64,000 bases of DNA, taken from NCBI RefSeq assembly GCF_006345805.1, contig NC_043000.1:100626001-100690000 (forward strand), written 5' to 3'. This document shows, piece by piece, positions 11,691-24,463 of the stretch. The position numbers were made by a program, and so were the translations under genes. This DNA comes from Octopus sinensis (lineage: Eukaryota). Each line of letters opens with the position of its first letter. The stretch's first letter is position 1. The notes below the pieces were generated by a model. That model searched no databases, was not told the DNA's origin, and saw only the letters and a list, made by a program, of their open reading frames with translations.

Positions 11691-12450
11691 TTAAGCGTTA
11701 GATGCTTCAATATCATCATCTAGTGGAACTGAAATTGGCAGACTTCCATTGTGAGGCACAGGTCTCATTGCAGAATCCAAATTGGGATACACGATTTTGT
11801 GCTTATTCTTCATAGAAAATCCTGTGACATTTATTTTGCAAGAATAAGTCATTAAAATGGTCTTTCGGCTCCCCACCCCCATATCATTGGAATAGTAAAA
11901 GGCATGGACTTCTTTTTCAACCAATCACGTCTTATAGAGCCAGTCATTTGAGCAAGCTGAACAGAAAAAATGTGGTGCCCATGATTTGTCCTGGTCTCCA
12001 AGAAGACAGTCAAAGTATAGCTTATAAATCTACTTGATCTCTGGTGTTATTGTATGTTTTTGAGCTTTGACAATAAATTGTCCTGAGGCAACAAAACACA
12101 TCAGGACGATTTCTATATTATCTTGACGTTGTTAGCACTACAAAACAAGTAAGGAAATAAATGCAAACGGTTATACTTATATTGAATTTGAAATGAGAAT
12201 ATTTCATCTGAACTATGCAGCAATGAATAACGTAGTTTATTTTAAAGATATGTTTCTAAGATGTAAATGAAATACATACATATACGTCATTAATTGGAAT
12301 TTCTATATAATGCATGAGCTAAAACTAAAAAACTTTCTCATTTTGAAAACCGTATGTGATGTCAAAACTGATTGTATATTTGAAATCAGCATTGAAATCT
12401 GCAGTAAGTACACCTTGACATATGCTTGAAGAAAAATACTTGTTGACCTG
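11691..12450 (-). mobile_element. 5' fragment of a Chapaev3-like (CMC) DNA transposon
   Basis: Minus strand reads GDQDKSWAPH..CSAC and KIVYPNLDSAMRPVPH..LPISVP; the family assignment is from memory. Confidence 0.55.
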
Positions 12451-12574
12451 TATAATTCAAGCAAGAAAAATTCTCCAAAAGTGGTAGAGAATATCGAGGC
12501 TCCTCGTGGGAAATTCACTAAAACCACGGTCACTTTTAGAGTAAATGCCCGTTCCCTGTTGTCTTCTTTCAATC

Positions 12575-12728
12575 TACGGCGGGCTTCTTTCAGTTTCCGT
12601 CTACAAAATCCGTTCACAAGGCTTTGGTCGGCCCGAGGCTATAGTAGAAGACACTTGCTCAAGGTGCCACTGAACCTGGAACCATGTGGTTGGTAAGCAA
12701 ACTACTTACCACACAGCCACTCCTACGC
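12575..12728 (-). mobile_element. SINE family A 5' part
   Basis: Similarity to other family A copies. Confidence 0.8.
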
Positions 12729-12849
12729 TTAAGATAGTGTTTAATTATGTACCTGAACATGATTAAACTCACCAGGCAGATAAACACAGCCTGTCCTACG
12801 GGTCAAAGTAAAGTGTGTGTGTGTGTGGGGGGAATTTTCACAAGTGACT

Positions 12850-13135
12850 CACCTGATAGTCCAATCCGTCCTACACACGACAGTAGGTATTCGACATAAA
12901 CCTACAAATCAGCAAGGCTTGGGCACACGACGAATGTTTGCAGAAGAGTTTCGTCACTCCGTGCACATCTCATTCAGGCCCGGCCGACTGCACTTTCATG
13001 CCTATAGAGTTTATCCCGAATAAGCAGGGATTTCTGGAAATCATCCACGAGTCTTAAGCCAGAACAGGGCCTGAAGTTGACTCAAGAAACTCCTTGAAAT
13101 ACTTGTGGCTAATTTCTCGTTTCACTCGCCATGAA
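12850..13135 (-). mobile_element. L1/Tx1-type ORF2 C-terminal zinc-knuckle remnant
   Basis: Minus strand reads LLIRDKLYRHESAVGRA*MRCARSDETLLQTFVVCPSLADL. Confidence 0.6.
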
Positions 13136-13207
13136 TCCTGTGCTGCATTAGACTCATTTGGTCAATAAAAGAAACCATTTGCAGTTATTAAATTCTAATA
13201 CAATTAC

Positions 13208-13770
13208 GACGGCAGATTGGCAGAATCGTTACCGCGCCTTACACAAATGCTTAGTGGTATTTCGTTTGCCGCTATGTTCTGAGTTCAAATTCCGCCGAGG
13301 TCGACTTTGCCTTTCATCCTTTCGGGGTCGCTAAATTAAGTACCAGTTACGCACTGGGGTCGATATAATCGACTTAATCCGTTTGTCTTTCCTTGTTTGT
13401 CCCCTCTGTGTTTAGCCCCTTATGGGTAGTAAAGAAATAGGTATTTCGTCTGTTTTTACGTTCTGAGTTCAAATGCCGCCAGGCTTGACTTTGCCTTTCA
13501 TCCTTTTGGAGTCGATAAAATAAGTACTAGTTGAAGACTGGAGTTGATGTTACTCTCTTCGAAATTGCTGACCTTGTACCAAAATTTGAATTCAATATTT
13601 TTTTTTATATATACATATTTAAGGCGGTGAGCTGGCAGAATCGTTACCGCGCCAGACAAAATGCTCTGGGGCATTATGTCCGTCTTTACGTTCTGACTTC
13701 AAACGGCACCGGGGTAGATAAAATAAGTACCTGTTGAGCACTGAGGTCCATATTATCGACTTAGGCCCTC
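13208..13770 (+). mobile_element. SINE family B dimer plus an adjacent deleted copy
   Basis: Units restart at about 13257 and 13441; a new head begins at about 13622. Confidence 0.82.
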
Positions 13771-13974
13771 CTTCAAACTAACCAATAATCTCTCTCTCTC
13801 TCTTGTCTTCTTAGCATCCAAGAAACTTCAGACAGGTAACGTACCACAAATAGGCTGTGCAGGTTTGTGGAGGAAGAAAGAGACAGACATAATTGTTACT
13901 TAGTATATTATCCATCCTTCAAAACCGTAGATTGATAAAACCGATAGAATATCTGAAGCAAATGTTTTGTAGCA

Positions 13975-14722
13975 GACGCAGGTGTGGCTGTGCAGTATGA
14001 AGTTTGTCTTCCCAAGGACATGGTTCTGGTTGCGAGTGAGTTTGAAAGAGGCCCGTTGTATATATACATTTGTGTATATACATTTGTGTGTGTGTGTGTG
14101 CGTGGGTGTGGGTGTGCTTGTGTTTGTATGCGCGCGTGTGCGTGTGTGCCTTTGTCAGTGTTAGTTTTTCACCACCGCTTGACAACCGGTGTTTGTGTAT
14201 TTACGTTCCCGTAACCTAGCGATTCGGCAAAAGAGGGCTATAGAAAAAGTACCAGGGTTTAAAAAAATGTCCACTGCTCGATTCTTTGGAAACAAAATTC
14301 TTTTTTCTTTTTCTTTTATTCTTTTACTTGTTTCAGTCATTTGTCTGAGGCCATGCTGGAGCACCACATTTAGTTGAACAAATCACCCCTTGGACTTATT
14401 CTTTGTTAGCGTAGTACTTATTCTGTCGGATCTTTTGCCGAACCGCTAAGATACGACGACGTAAACGCACCAACATCTGTTGTCAAGCGATGTTGGGGGG
14501 GGGGGGACAAACACACACACACGCACACACACACACGCATATATATATATATATATATACGACGGGCCTCTTTCAGTTTCCGTCTACCAAATCCACTCAC
14601 AAGGCTTTGGTCGACCTGAGGCTATAGTAGAAGACACTTGACCAAGGTGCCACGCAGTCGGACTGAACCCGAAATTATGTGGTTGGTAAGCAAGCTACTT
14701 ACCACACAGCCACTCCTACGCC
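13975..14722. mobile_element. Two SINE family A copies tail-to-tail (plus ~13975-14290; minus ~14320-14722)
   Basis: Similarity to family A heads and bodies on opposite strands. Confidence 0.8.
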
Positions 14723-15222
14723 TAAGATAGTGTTTCATTATGTACCTGAACATAAGTTTAAAAGTTCAAATTTCTGACTGGTTTGATAATATTCTGCTGA
14801 AAGACTACACAAATCTGCTTACAGTCCACCAAAACCTTAAGCTTTTCAGAGTTTCGCCAAAGAAATCGTCTGAGGTCCTTTCTGATTCCGAGCATATCGA
14901 GTGCGATGGTTTTTAACGAGTATTTTCCAGTTTAACTACTTACTAACATTTACTACTATTTACTAACGGTTTTGCTTTTTTACTGAAATTAATCGATACT
15001 AATCGAACGGCCAATTTTAAGGCCTCACCGTGTCTTTACTATTTAATTCCCCTCTAAATTCCCTATTGAACTAGTTTATTGTTCTACGTGCTTGATCGAT
15101 GATCCTTGTCTGAGGTCTTATCAGCTTGTCGCTGGGATACAAAAGTACAAATCAATGTATTGTTTATCTTTTATTGATATTGTTCTTGATGCTCTTTTAG
15201 TAACAGCTTGTGTGTGGTGGGT

Positions 15223-15255
<33 letters not shown>

Positions 15256-15774
15256 ATGTGTATGTGTGCGTGTGTTTACTCGAGCACGCTTATGGTGATG
15301 GTGGTGAAGGTGGTGGTAGTAGTAGTGGGAACGGCGGTAAAATTCAATAAAACTATCTTCATCTACAAAGTGAAACATCTGAGCTTCTGCTTTCCACCAA
15401 AATTAGTAAATTCATCCACAAGCAATTAACCAATTAACATATTCAATAAAGAGAAATTATTGATTAATAATATAACTGCAACAGAGAACAATTTTTGTTT
15501 TTTTAATGTAAATACCATTCACACAGTTTATTCTTGTAATAAATGCAAACATTGCTAAAACTTTAAAAGGCTTTTTAAAGAAGATGGTATGAACTATGCT
15601 TCTTAAATATGGAAGAAGAGATTCAGTAGGTCTGTAGGTTACATCGAACCTTTTTATTCTTTTGATATAGTCGCGATATTTTCGTCTCTTTAATGTAACA
15701 TCTTAATCGCTTAATTGTATTCCAATGAGTTGCTATTAAGTGATTTTTTTTCCTACGCACGTTAACGTTTCCAA

Positions 15775-16665
15775 AGGTGGCAAACTGGGTGGATCGTTAG
15801 CACACTGAGAGAAAAGTGCTTAGTTTCATTTTTTACTGTTTCCGGTTCTGAGTTCAAATTCCGCCGAGGTCGACTTTACATCTTCATTCATCCTTTTTTT
15901 GGAGTCGATGTATAAGTAACAGTCAAGTACTAGGATCGATGTAATACACTTACCCCCCACCCCCACCCCCACCCAAAAAGTTGGTGGCTTTGTGCCAAAA
16001 TTTTAAACCTATATTGTTATTATTCCAAAGGCGGCGAGCAGGCAGAATCGTTGGCACACCGGGCGAAATACTTAGCAGTATTTTGTCTGCCGCTACGTTC
16101 TGAGTTCAAATTCCGCTGAGGTCGACTTTGACTTTCGGGGTTGATAAATTAAGTACCAAAGAAACACTGGGGTCGATGTAATCGACTCATCCCCTCCCCA
16201 CAAATCTGAAGCCTTGTACCTTCAGTAGAAAGAACTATTATTATTCTTTTTTTCATAAGACGAGTTGACAGAATCATTGGCACGCCGGGCAAAAATGCTT
16301 TATAGCATTTCGTCTGTCTTTTTGGTCTGAATTCAAATTCTGCCGAGGTCGACTTTGCCTTCACCCTTTCGGAGTCGATAAATTAAATACCAGTTGGGTA
16401 TTGGATCTAATCGACTCACCCCCTCTCCCAAAATTTCGGACCTTGTGCCTAGAGTAGAAAAGAATGGTTAGCACGCCGGGCAAAAATGCTTTGTGGTTTT
16501 TCGACCGTCTTTAAGTTCTGAGTTCAAATTCCACCGAGGTCTGACTTAGCCATTCGGGGTCAATAAAATAAGTACCACTTGATCATTGTGATCGACGTAA
16601 TAAGTAATCAACTTGCCCACACCCCACCCGGAAATAGCTGCCCTGACTACCAAAATTTGAAATCA
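15775..16665 (+). mobile_element. Four head-to-tail SINE family B copies
   Basis: Heads at about 15775, 16030, 16258 and 16467, each with TTCTGAGTTCAAATTC.GC.GAGGTC. Confidence 0.85.
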
Positions 16666-17301
16666 ATATTATTCCTTTTTCATGGAATAAAGTCATTTCT
16701 TGTTCCCTACTGAGATATTTCATTTCGTTTCTCGTATTTCGGTCACAACGTTTGCGTTTAAGTCTATCCGTTCATTTACAACACTTGCAAATATACATTA
16801 TTTTCACAGTCTCTCTCTCTCCCTCTTTCGTGGCTATAATCTTTTATTTTTTTCTGTTTTGCTGGTGGTTTCCCAATTGTCTTTGCTGCCACTGCTGCTG
16901 CCACTGCTGCTGCTGCTGTTGCTGTTGTTGTTACTGTTGAAGCTGCATTGGTCCATTATCACAGGTGGCTACAATAGTGCTATCGATTTTGTTTTGTCTT
17001 TAATATTGTCGATTTTGTTTATATAAGTGTTGCTGTACATGCTGTCATTGCTATTGCTTTCTATCAATGTGAACATTATGGACCCTATTGGATCATTGTC
17101 CTCAACACACAAAGCATTTGTAATTTCTTCCTAGCACTATCACCTCCCACTACTGCAAAGATGTTGCCTGATATTATGATGCCTCTCTCCCACCTCCACC
17201 GCAATTTCCACCATTTCCCTTGCTCCTTGTAGCAACATCGAAATAACAAATAATAATAATAAAAATTTCCCCTATATTGCTTGTATATATTGATGTGGAT
17301 G

Positions 17302-17371
<70 letters not shown>

Positions 17372-17457
17372 CATATATACATATATATATATACATACAT
17401 ACATATATGTATATATATATATGTGTGTGTGTGAGTTTGTGTGTGTGTGTGTGTGTG
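17302..17457. repeat. Compound (CATA)n(TA)n(TG)n microsatellite
   Basis: Direct reading. Confidence 0.95.
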
Positions 17458-17567
17458 GGTATACATCTATATCTATCCATCCATTCAGCTACCTATGTAT
17501 ACTATAAGTATGTGTGAGTGAGTGTGTGTGTGTATGTGTGTATAGGTGTATGCATGCATATATATAT

Positions 17568-17845
17568 AGGAGTGGCTGTGTGGTAAGTAGCTTGCTTACC
17601 AACCACATGGTTCCGGGTTCAGTCCCACTGCGTGGCATCTTGGGCAAGTGTCTTCTACTATAGCCTCGGGCCGACCAAAGCCTGAAAGAAGCCCGTCGTA
17701 TATGTGTCTGTGTGTGTGTGTGTATGCTTGTGTGTTTGCCCCCCACCCCACCCCAACATCGCTTCACAACCGGTGCTGGTGTGTTTACGTCCCCGTAACT
17801 TAGCGGTTCGGCAAAAGAGACTGATAGAATAAGTACTAGGTTTAT
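17568..17845 (+). mobile_element. SINE family A with internal deletion
   Basis: Head GGAGTGGCTGTGTGGTAAGTAGCTTGCTTACCAACCACATGGTTCCGGGTTCAGTCCC. Confidence 0.88.
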
Positions 17846-18629
17846 TATCATTACAAGCTTTTCAGCCAACCTTCAATTTATATCAGAAGCGCAGTGTATT
17901 GTAGTCGATTCCATCGTTACCAAGTTGTTTTACTCCGCCTAGTTTTATTGATTTTGGAATGATGAAAAAGTATGGTTAATCCTTTGGATCCAAAGTACAT
18001 AAAAAGTAGAAAGATATTAATTGTTTTATCGATTACCTTCAGCTGAGGAAAGGAAGTCATATCTAATTGAACAATTCAAACACCGACATCAGTTTCTCAT
18101 ATTTGTAACTACGTGAACAGGGAATTCGTTATATTAAGACTATCCACATTATTAGTAAATAAAAATAGGTAAGTGTTTGGAACTTCAAAGAAATATTTAA
18201 CATATGGCCAAATGAATATGTACGAATCACCGACGGTAGCTGGATATGCTACGCGTAGCAGCCAAATCCACCTTCACATCATACCTTGCTATCGTAGATG
18301 AAAGGAACGTACAAGCTTGTGCATTCCTAGTCTTGTAAGAAATAGATGGGGAAGATGAATACGGCTGGAATACCTTTCGTCGTAAATCTGCCTAAACAGA
18401 ACTGACATGGTGCTAAACAAAACCACATTAACGCCTTCCCGAAAACGAGTCATACATACATACATACAACATGCACACGTACATACATTGACAGTTTTGC
18501 GCAGCTAAGCCATCGTTGGACTGCATATGTGTGTGTGTGTGTGCATGTGCATACTCACACACCTCACATAAGTATGCATACATATATACATACTAATATG
18601 TTTGTATAAAATCGATGATACAATCCGTA

Positions 18630-19470
18630 GGCGTTCGTCGTTTCACAACTGAAGTGTTCGTTCAGGTTAATTCCGAAAACTAAGATGATGGCTAGAGCTA
18701 CTTCTGGTTCTTGGATTCTATTCGTTAATAAAAGTCAAGTGCTGAGAATCTGGGTCCTCTGCTAGCGTTGGTGTAAATCGAGGGTAGTTCGTAGTTTTAT
18801 TAGTTGTGTAAGAATTTTCCGATGGCATATAGAAAGGGTAGGTTTTGTTGGAATCTGAAAACAGCTGAACGGGTTGTAATTACCATTTATGCTGCACAGA
18901 CTCAAAAGTTCATTCTTTCTTCAATAATCACAGCGTACGCCGTTTAGCGATTAGTGTATGGTGTGTAGTATCTGGTATACTCAATGCTACAGAGACCTCT
19001 TCAAATTCATTGTTCTTCAGTTACCAAACTGCAATAGAAGTGCTATTGGTTTTTATCTCGCGATATGAAGGTGTCCATGTGACGCTTAAATCTTCTCTAA
19101 AGTAATAACACTCTCACTTCAGATAGTCTCTCTGAACACCGTCGTCAGGTGTTTTATTGGCAGAACCAATTTTGTGAACAGTTCTGGATTAATACAATCG
19201 CAAGCAGCTGTGGGACTTGAGATGGGATAATAATTTCATCGTCGTTCTCGGTTCTTCCTTTTCTGCGATATTCCTATACAGTAATAATCATGAAGTTTGT
19301 GCTCACCTTTAGCTCAGCAATCACCACATTGCTATGCTTTCTCAGTCCACTTCCAGCCAGATAGAACAAATGTATAGCAACAAACACAGAATATCCTACC
19401 ACCATTCCTCGTATCGGTAACGGCGCCAATATCTCTTGTATTTAAAGCATTTCCTTTCATGAAAACACAC
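18630..19470 (-). mobile_element. Decayed Penelope-like element, 3' (GIY-YIG) region
   Basis: Minus-strand fragments RFKRHMDTF..RDKTNSTSIAVW.LKNN and PYTNR resemble the PLE endonuclease C-terminus; a degenerate hammerhead-like motif lies just downstream. Confidence 0.45.
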
Positions 19471-19695
19471 TATATTGCCTTTCTATTGCAATGTGGGCAT
19501 TCTCAACACGAGTTAGAACTTTGTGCGTCACTAACACATACACACGCACAGGCGCGAATACACACACACACACAAGTACGAAAATATTCTCTTATCCATC
19601 AAACTGTTTGTCCATCCATCAAAGATTCTGAAATACTAATTCACACGTATGTGTGTGTGTGCGTGCGCCCCGTGAGTACGTATATGGGTAAATAT

Positions 19696-19990
19696 ATCTA
19701 CTACATATGTGGAAAATCGGTCTGTTGTTTGTGGCGTTGTTAGCTAACTCCTCCTACATCGTTTTATTGATTTTGATGAAACATGACGCGTGGGTAAAAC
19801 TCATATCTGGAAACCTCGTGACATACTTAGATTGTTGAAAAAATCGATAATACCGCCCCTGAAAGGGACCTTTATATATACCTTATGTAACTAATTTTTT
19901 TAAGCACCCAAGGGAAATAACTCATACCCCTACACAATTGTTTTTAAACACTCAAGGGAAATTACCTATTTCATTGTTTATGTCCGATTA
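19696..19990 (+). mobile_element. Possible non-autonomous Helitron/HINE-like 5' fragment
   Basis: TCTACTACATAT start; ..GATTTTGATGAAAC.. resembles motifs of rolling-circle non-autonomous elements. Confidence 0.35.
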
Positions 19991-20329
19991 CTTTGAACCA
20001 ACGATCAGCCGACCTAATTCTGCATTTCACTACTCATAGTTTTGAACTGCTAAACATTATTATTGCACTTCCTTAATTTGAATCTCTTCATTCATACATT
20101 TCTATACATACATACTTTTTTGAATGCCCATTACTTCGATAATTCTGCATTTTTACAGTTATACTTCCTCCATGTCAGTAGATAATCTTTTTTTCACAAC
20201 GTATTTGTAATGGCTTCATGCAGGCATAGCGTCGATTCGATCCTCGATTGCCAAATTTCACTTAACACTTCAACAGTTATATATATATTGCTGTAATTAA
20301 TACACATTTTTTCAACATCTCCAAATAAC

Positions 20330-21290
20330 TAACTCGCATTTAGAATGCTTATAAAGTATTCTACTTTGGTCTTTCGGAGTTTATCATTTTGGTTTTTGTA
20401 TTTTTTACAAAGGCATATTTCGAAATTTTCCATTTGCACAAATGTCTAGATGTTCACTGCATGGAACATTTCTAAGAGATGAATCTTTAATTTGCTGTCT
20501 GAGGTCTCTCACATTGCTGGTAATTTTTGTGTTTCTGTTTCTCACTCACTTTTCATTCCTCAGTATTCTTGAATCTTTTGGTTGTTCCTTGTTCAGTTAT
20601 TTTACACAACTCATGACGAGTGTCTCAACGATTTGTTACTAGTATTATTTCTTTCACCGATATGAATCTCGCCTTTGCTAGGAGTCTTTTGAGATTTGGT
20701 GGTTGTCTTCGTCTGTTGATGATTTGAGATTCTTTAATTATCAGAGTCGATAATTAATGTACAATTAGCAAGTACCGTTTGGCCGAATGTATGATGTAGT
20801 TTCTAGGATTATGGGTGACTACGAATAGAATATTTATATCTGTGTTTCTGTTTTCACTCTCATTATGCTCTGGTTATGGAATGACTTGTTAAATGTTAAG
20901 GTTATTTTTTTTCTGAAGGAACAAATTTAGTTCTGCCTGTGGTATCTCTCGTCTGGTTGTGTATGTAACTATTTAGCATACTGAATGGTATGTTCCCTTT
21001 TGTGTGGGATTGGTGGTAAGAACTAAAATCTAGATGTTTGTGTGTATGTCTATGTCCTTGCTGTAGTGATCAGTTATAAGTGACACATTTTCTGCAATTA
21101 TCAGAATATCCAGAAAAAGATGTTCCCTTTTATTCATTTCTATGGTGAACTGGATGATTCATGATTGCTATTTATTAATGTCACAAGCTTTGTAAGGGCT
21201 TCTTTACTTTTGTTCCAAAATATGAAGCAGTTATCCAGGAATCTTTCCAAGATTCCTATTAAAAGGACTAGAAATGTCGGTCAAACGTAA
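20330..21290 (-). mobile_element. Decayed Penelope-like element (RT C-terminus to endonuclease)
   Basis: Minus strand reads RFLDNCFIFW, FLDILII, LDFSSYHQSHTKRNIPFSM and VTHNPRN. Confidence 0.72.
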
Positions 21291-21299
21291 CTCCAGACA

Positions 21300-23815
21300 A
21301 TGTGAAGATTGCTTTCTTCCAGGAATCTCATTCGCTTCTGCTTTTTTTTTAGGTCGACCGTACAAATCACAAATTTGTAGTTTGTTTAGCCGACAATTTG
21401 TGGGTAATCTACGCTAGCCTTATCTTCTTGCCTAATACTGTATGAAGACGACCTGGATGATCCCATGGGCTTGTTCATTCTTCATTGGCAAATTCACGAA
21501 ATACAGTTGGGCCCTTTCAGATAATTGGAAGCAACTGAGTAGATTTCCGAGGCCTTTACAACCCCTTTCTCCTATGTGCTAGCTCCACACAATCCGAACG
21601 TTCATCCAAGTTGGCATTTCATTTGTGCACCACCACTAATGAGGGAACATTTCTCGGAAAACCTCTAGACACTTTAAGAAATTTGATTATCCCACCCGTC
21701 AGATCATAAACAGTTACTAGTGCGAAGTCACTATTGCTTATGTCCAGGACCATAATCTTACCTTCTGGGTCCAAGAAAATGGTTCGTATTGGAGACCCAG
21801 CTCCTTCAGAAACATTGTAGCTCCGCCACCCAATCCTGGTTTTCTTGGAGATAAGTAAATCTCGTATCCACGCAAAATGAGTATAAAGGCTTGTGGATCG
21901 AAAACTCTGATCACGCCGATAGCGCCCACATCTAATCTATTAGCCCTAGATTGTTGAGCAGGGACTCTGCTTTCAAGGTGACCCCCAAAACACGTTCATT
22001 TACGCTACCTATTCTGCGCACAACCGTGTTTGACAAGAGAAAATGTTCAGTCATTTTATTCCTATGAAGGAACAGGTATTTCTTCTTTCATATTAACTGC
22101 AGCTGTTCCACAAGCAGTTCTTTATATAGTCTTTTATTTATATTTCCCTTGATTTCTCCTAGCGTTTTGTGGTTCTTTTGTTGTAAAATTTGAGTGATTT
22201 TTTTTATGCTTGATGGAAGGCTATTGGTTGATGTGATGTAGATACTGTGTGTATTGCTTGTATTTTGGTGTTCGTGGCCATTAGTTTTTTTTTGGTTTTT
22301 GTTTACGGCTGAGTAGTTAACGATTTCTTTATTTTTTGTTCATGTTGGGGGATGTATTCTGATTGTCAGTGAGTGAATTTGTTCATATTTGTACTTGTAA
22401 TGATGGCGTGTGTGAAAGGATTGTTGGTGGGGATGGGAATGATAATATTTATTAAGACCTGGTGTAGCTGCTGTTGTGTGTGATGCTGTTGTTTCACTTC
22501 CCCCCACTCCTATTCGTATTTCTCAGTCTTTTAATTGATGTATTTTTATATTTTTGTTTCATTTTTATTTCATTTGTAATTGTTTGCCATTTAATGTCCT
22601 CTCCATCATGTCCACTGCATGTCACGTCCGTATAGTATATGAGTTGGGGAGGGAAATACATCTGGAAGGTTTTGTATTATTGTTTTATTGATGTAGTTAT
22701 CGGTTTGAGGTTTTCAGTTGCAGTTATTGCAATTGTTTGTGATGTGGCCTATGATGGTGGTGTATTTCCTGTTGTTTTAATTGCTGCTTTTTTCAATGTT
22801 GTTGTGATGGTTCCTGCTACAGCCACTGTTGCTGTGCTGATATTACAGCTGTTTCCGCGAATGTTGATTTTACTCTCGCTATCATCAATGGTTGTGACCG
22901 CTTACCGCTATTAGCATTAATGCTGTATTTTTACTGTTGGTGTTGTTTTAATTGTGTTGTTGCTGTTTTCACTGAAAACGTTGTGATGTTTGCTGCAGTA
23001 GCTACAGTCTTTCTTTTCCCCTTCTTTACTTGAGGTGGTTTGTGCTACCACACAAGTGACCCCTGTGCTTTCTATCCTCAACGAACACATATAATTTTAT
23101 GTTGTCTGGTAGGGTGATCAGGTCGGGTGTAGACTTCGTGCTTATTTATCCGTTTCGATCAATAGCTCCATTTCCTGGTGGAGCAATTTTGATTTTGCAG
23201 CCTTTACACATGTCAAATATTCTTTTTTTTTTTCCCCTATATCATAAAGGAGAACTGTCACCAACAAGTAAATGTTTATTTTCAACGGTACATTAACTGA
23301 CTTTATTTTAACTACCCTGCGGCCGAAGTAGGTTAGGGTGAACACTAGTTCATCACACCTAAGGATTGTTGTCGAGTGTTTCCTGGTTTCATCCTGTAAG
23401 AAATCTAATCTCAATTATACCATATTATTTTCCTCTGATGGGTGTGAGGCACTTTTCAATCTGCTACTGTGTCATCTACTCTCGTCTTTTTTTATGGCTA
23501 AGATTTTATATACTTACAGTTTTGACTCTTGTTTGTTGCTGGGTGGATTTCGAATGTTGAGTACGATGTTTCTTCCAAATCTTGTGAGATGTTTTCTTAC
23601 ATTTGTAATTCTTCCAAGGATAAAAGTTATTCCTGTATTTGGCGGGTCACGTCGACGTACCCTCTGGCATTAAATTTGCATTTTTCGTGTTGGAATTAAT
23701 AATATTGGTGGCGGCAGAGGTGGAGCGTGCACGCATGTTGAATGATCTCATTTTTGTTGAAGTTTTTCGTTGTTGTTTCTGTTTTGTTATTCTTTCATTT
23801 GCCTTATTGCTGCTG
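21300..23815 (-). mobile_element. L1/Tx1-clade LINE 5' half: ORF1 with zinc knuckle and the APE domain of ORF2, decayed
   Basis: About 23040-23110 reads LYVFVEDRKHRGHLCGSTNHLK; about 22020 to 21350 reads RIGSVNERVLG, GYEIYLSP..GGG, LDPEGKIMVLDI and NYKFVICTVDL. Confidence 0.65.
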
Positions 23816-23819
23816 TTGT

Positions 23820-23829
23820 CTTCTTCTTC

Positions 23830-23861
<32 letters not shown>

Positions 23862-23929
23862 CTTCTTCTTCTTCTTCTCTTCTTCTTCTTCTTCTTCTTC
23901 TTCTTCTTCTTCTTCTTCTTCTTCTTCTT
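23820..23929. repeat. (TTC)n microsatellite
   Basis: Direct reading. Confidence 0.98.
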
Positions 23930-23930
23930 C

Positions 23931-24214
23931 CAATCAGGACTAACGCCATTAGCCACAAAGAGGAATCTCTAATTAGAGCCTACTCTAAGCTACTAAGAAT
24001 GCGAGCGGCAACTTGAAGATCCACCCACCACACGCGATAGACTGGCGGTTGCACGGGCGCGAAAGCTCCGTTGTTATCCTCATTCCGTAAACGGTGGCGT
24101 TTAACGGGTGGAGAGCCAAACCATCCTGGGGTACAGAGGATTAGCAATCTAGACTAGGGTCTGAAAGTTTACCACACCATAGTGCGTTACACCATGGTTC
24201 CTCTGCTTTGTGGC
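23931..24214 (+). other. GC-richer structured non-coding segment, possibly a retrotransposon 5' UTR
   Basis: End pairing GCCACAAAG-AGGAA with TTCCTCTGCTTTGTGGC; TCCACCC/GGGTGGA; ACGGGCGC-GAAA-GCTCCGT hairpin. Confidence 0.45.
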
Positions 24215-24463
24215 AGAAGTAGGAAGAAAGAGTGAGAGAAAGTTGTGGTGAAAGAGTACAGCGGGATTCGACGCTTCTTTTGTCCCCTGATCACACAGGA
24301 ATGCGAAGCCCCATTGTTGATTACCTTCTCACCATCTGCCGACCTATTTACAGACCTGTAAAATTTGGCCTATTTCTTTCTCCTCTTATCTCCTCCGACC
24401 CTCACATATTTATGATTATCTCAAGTACAGGACAGAAGTTGAACTAAACGACATTTAATAATA

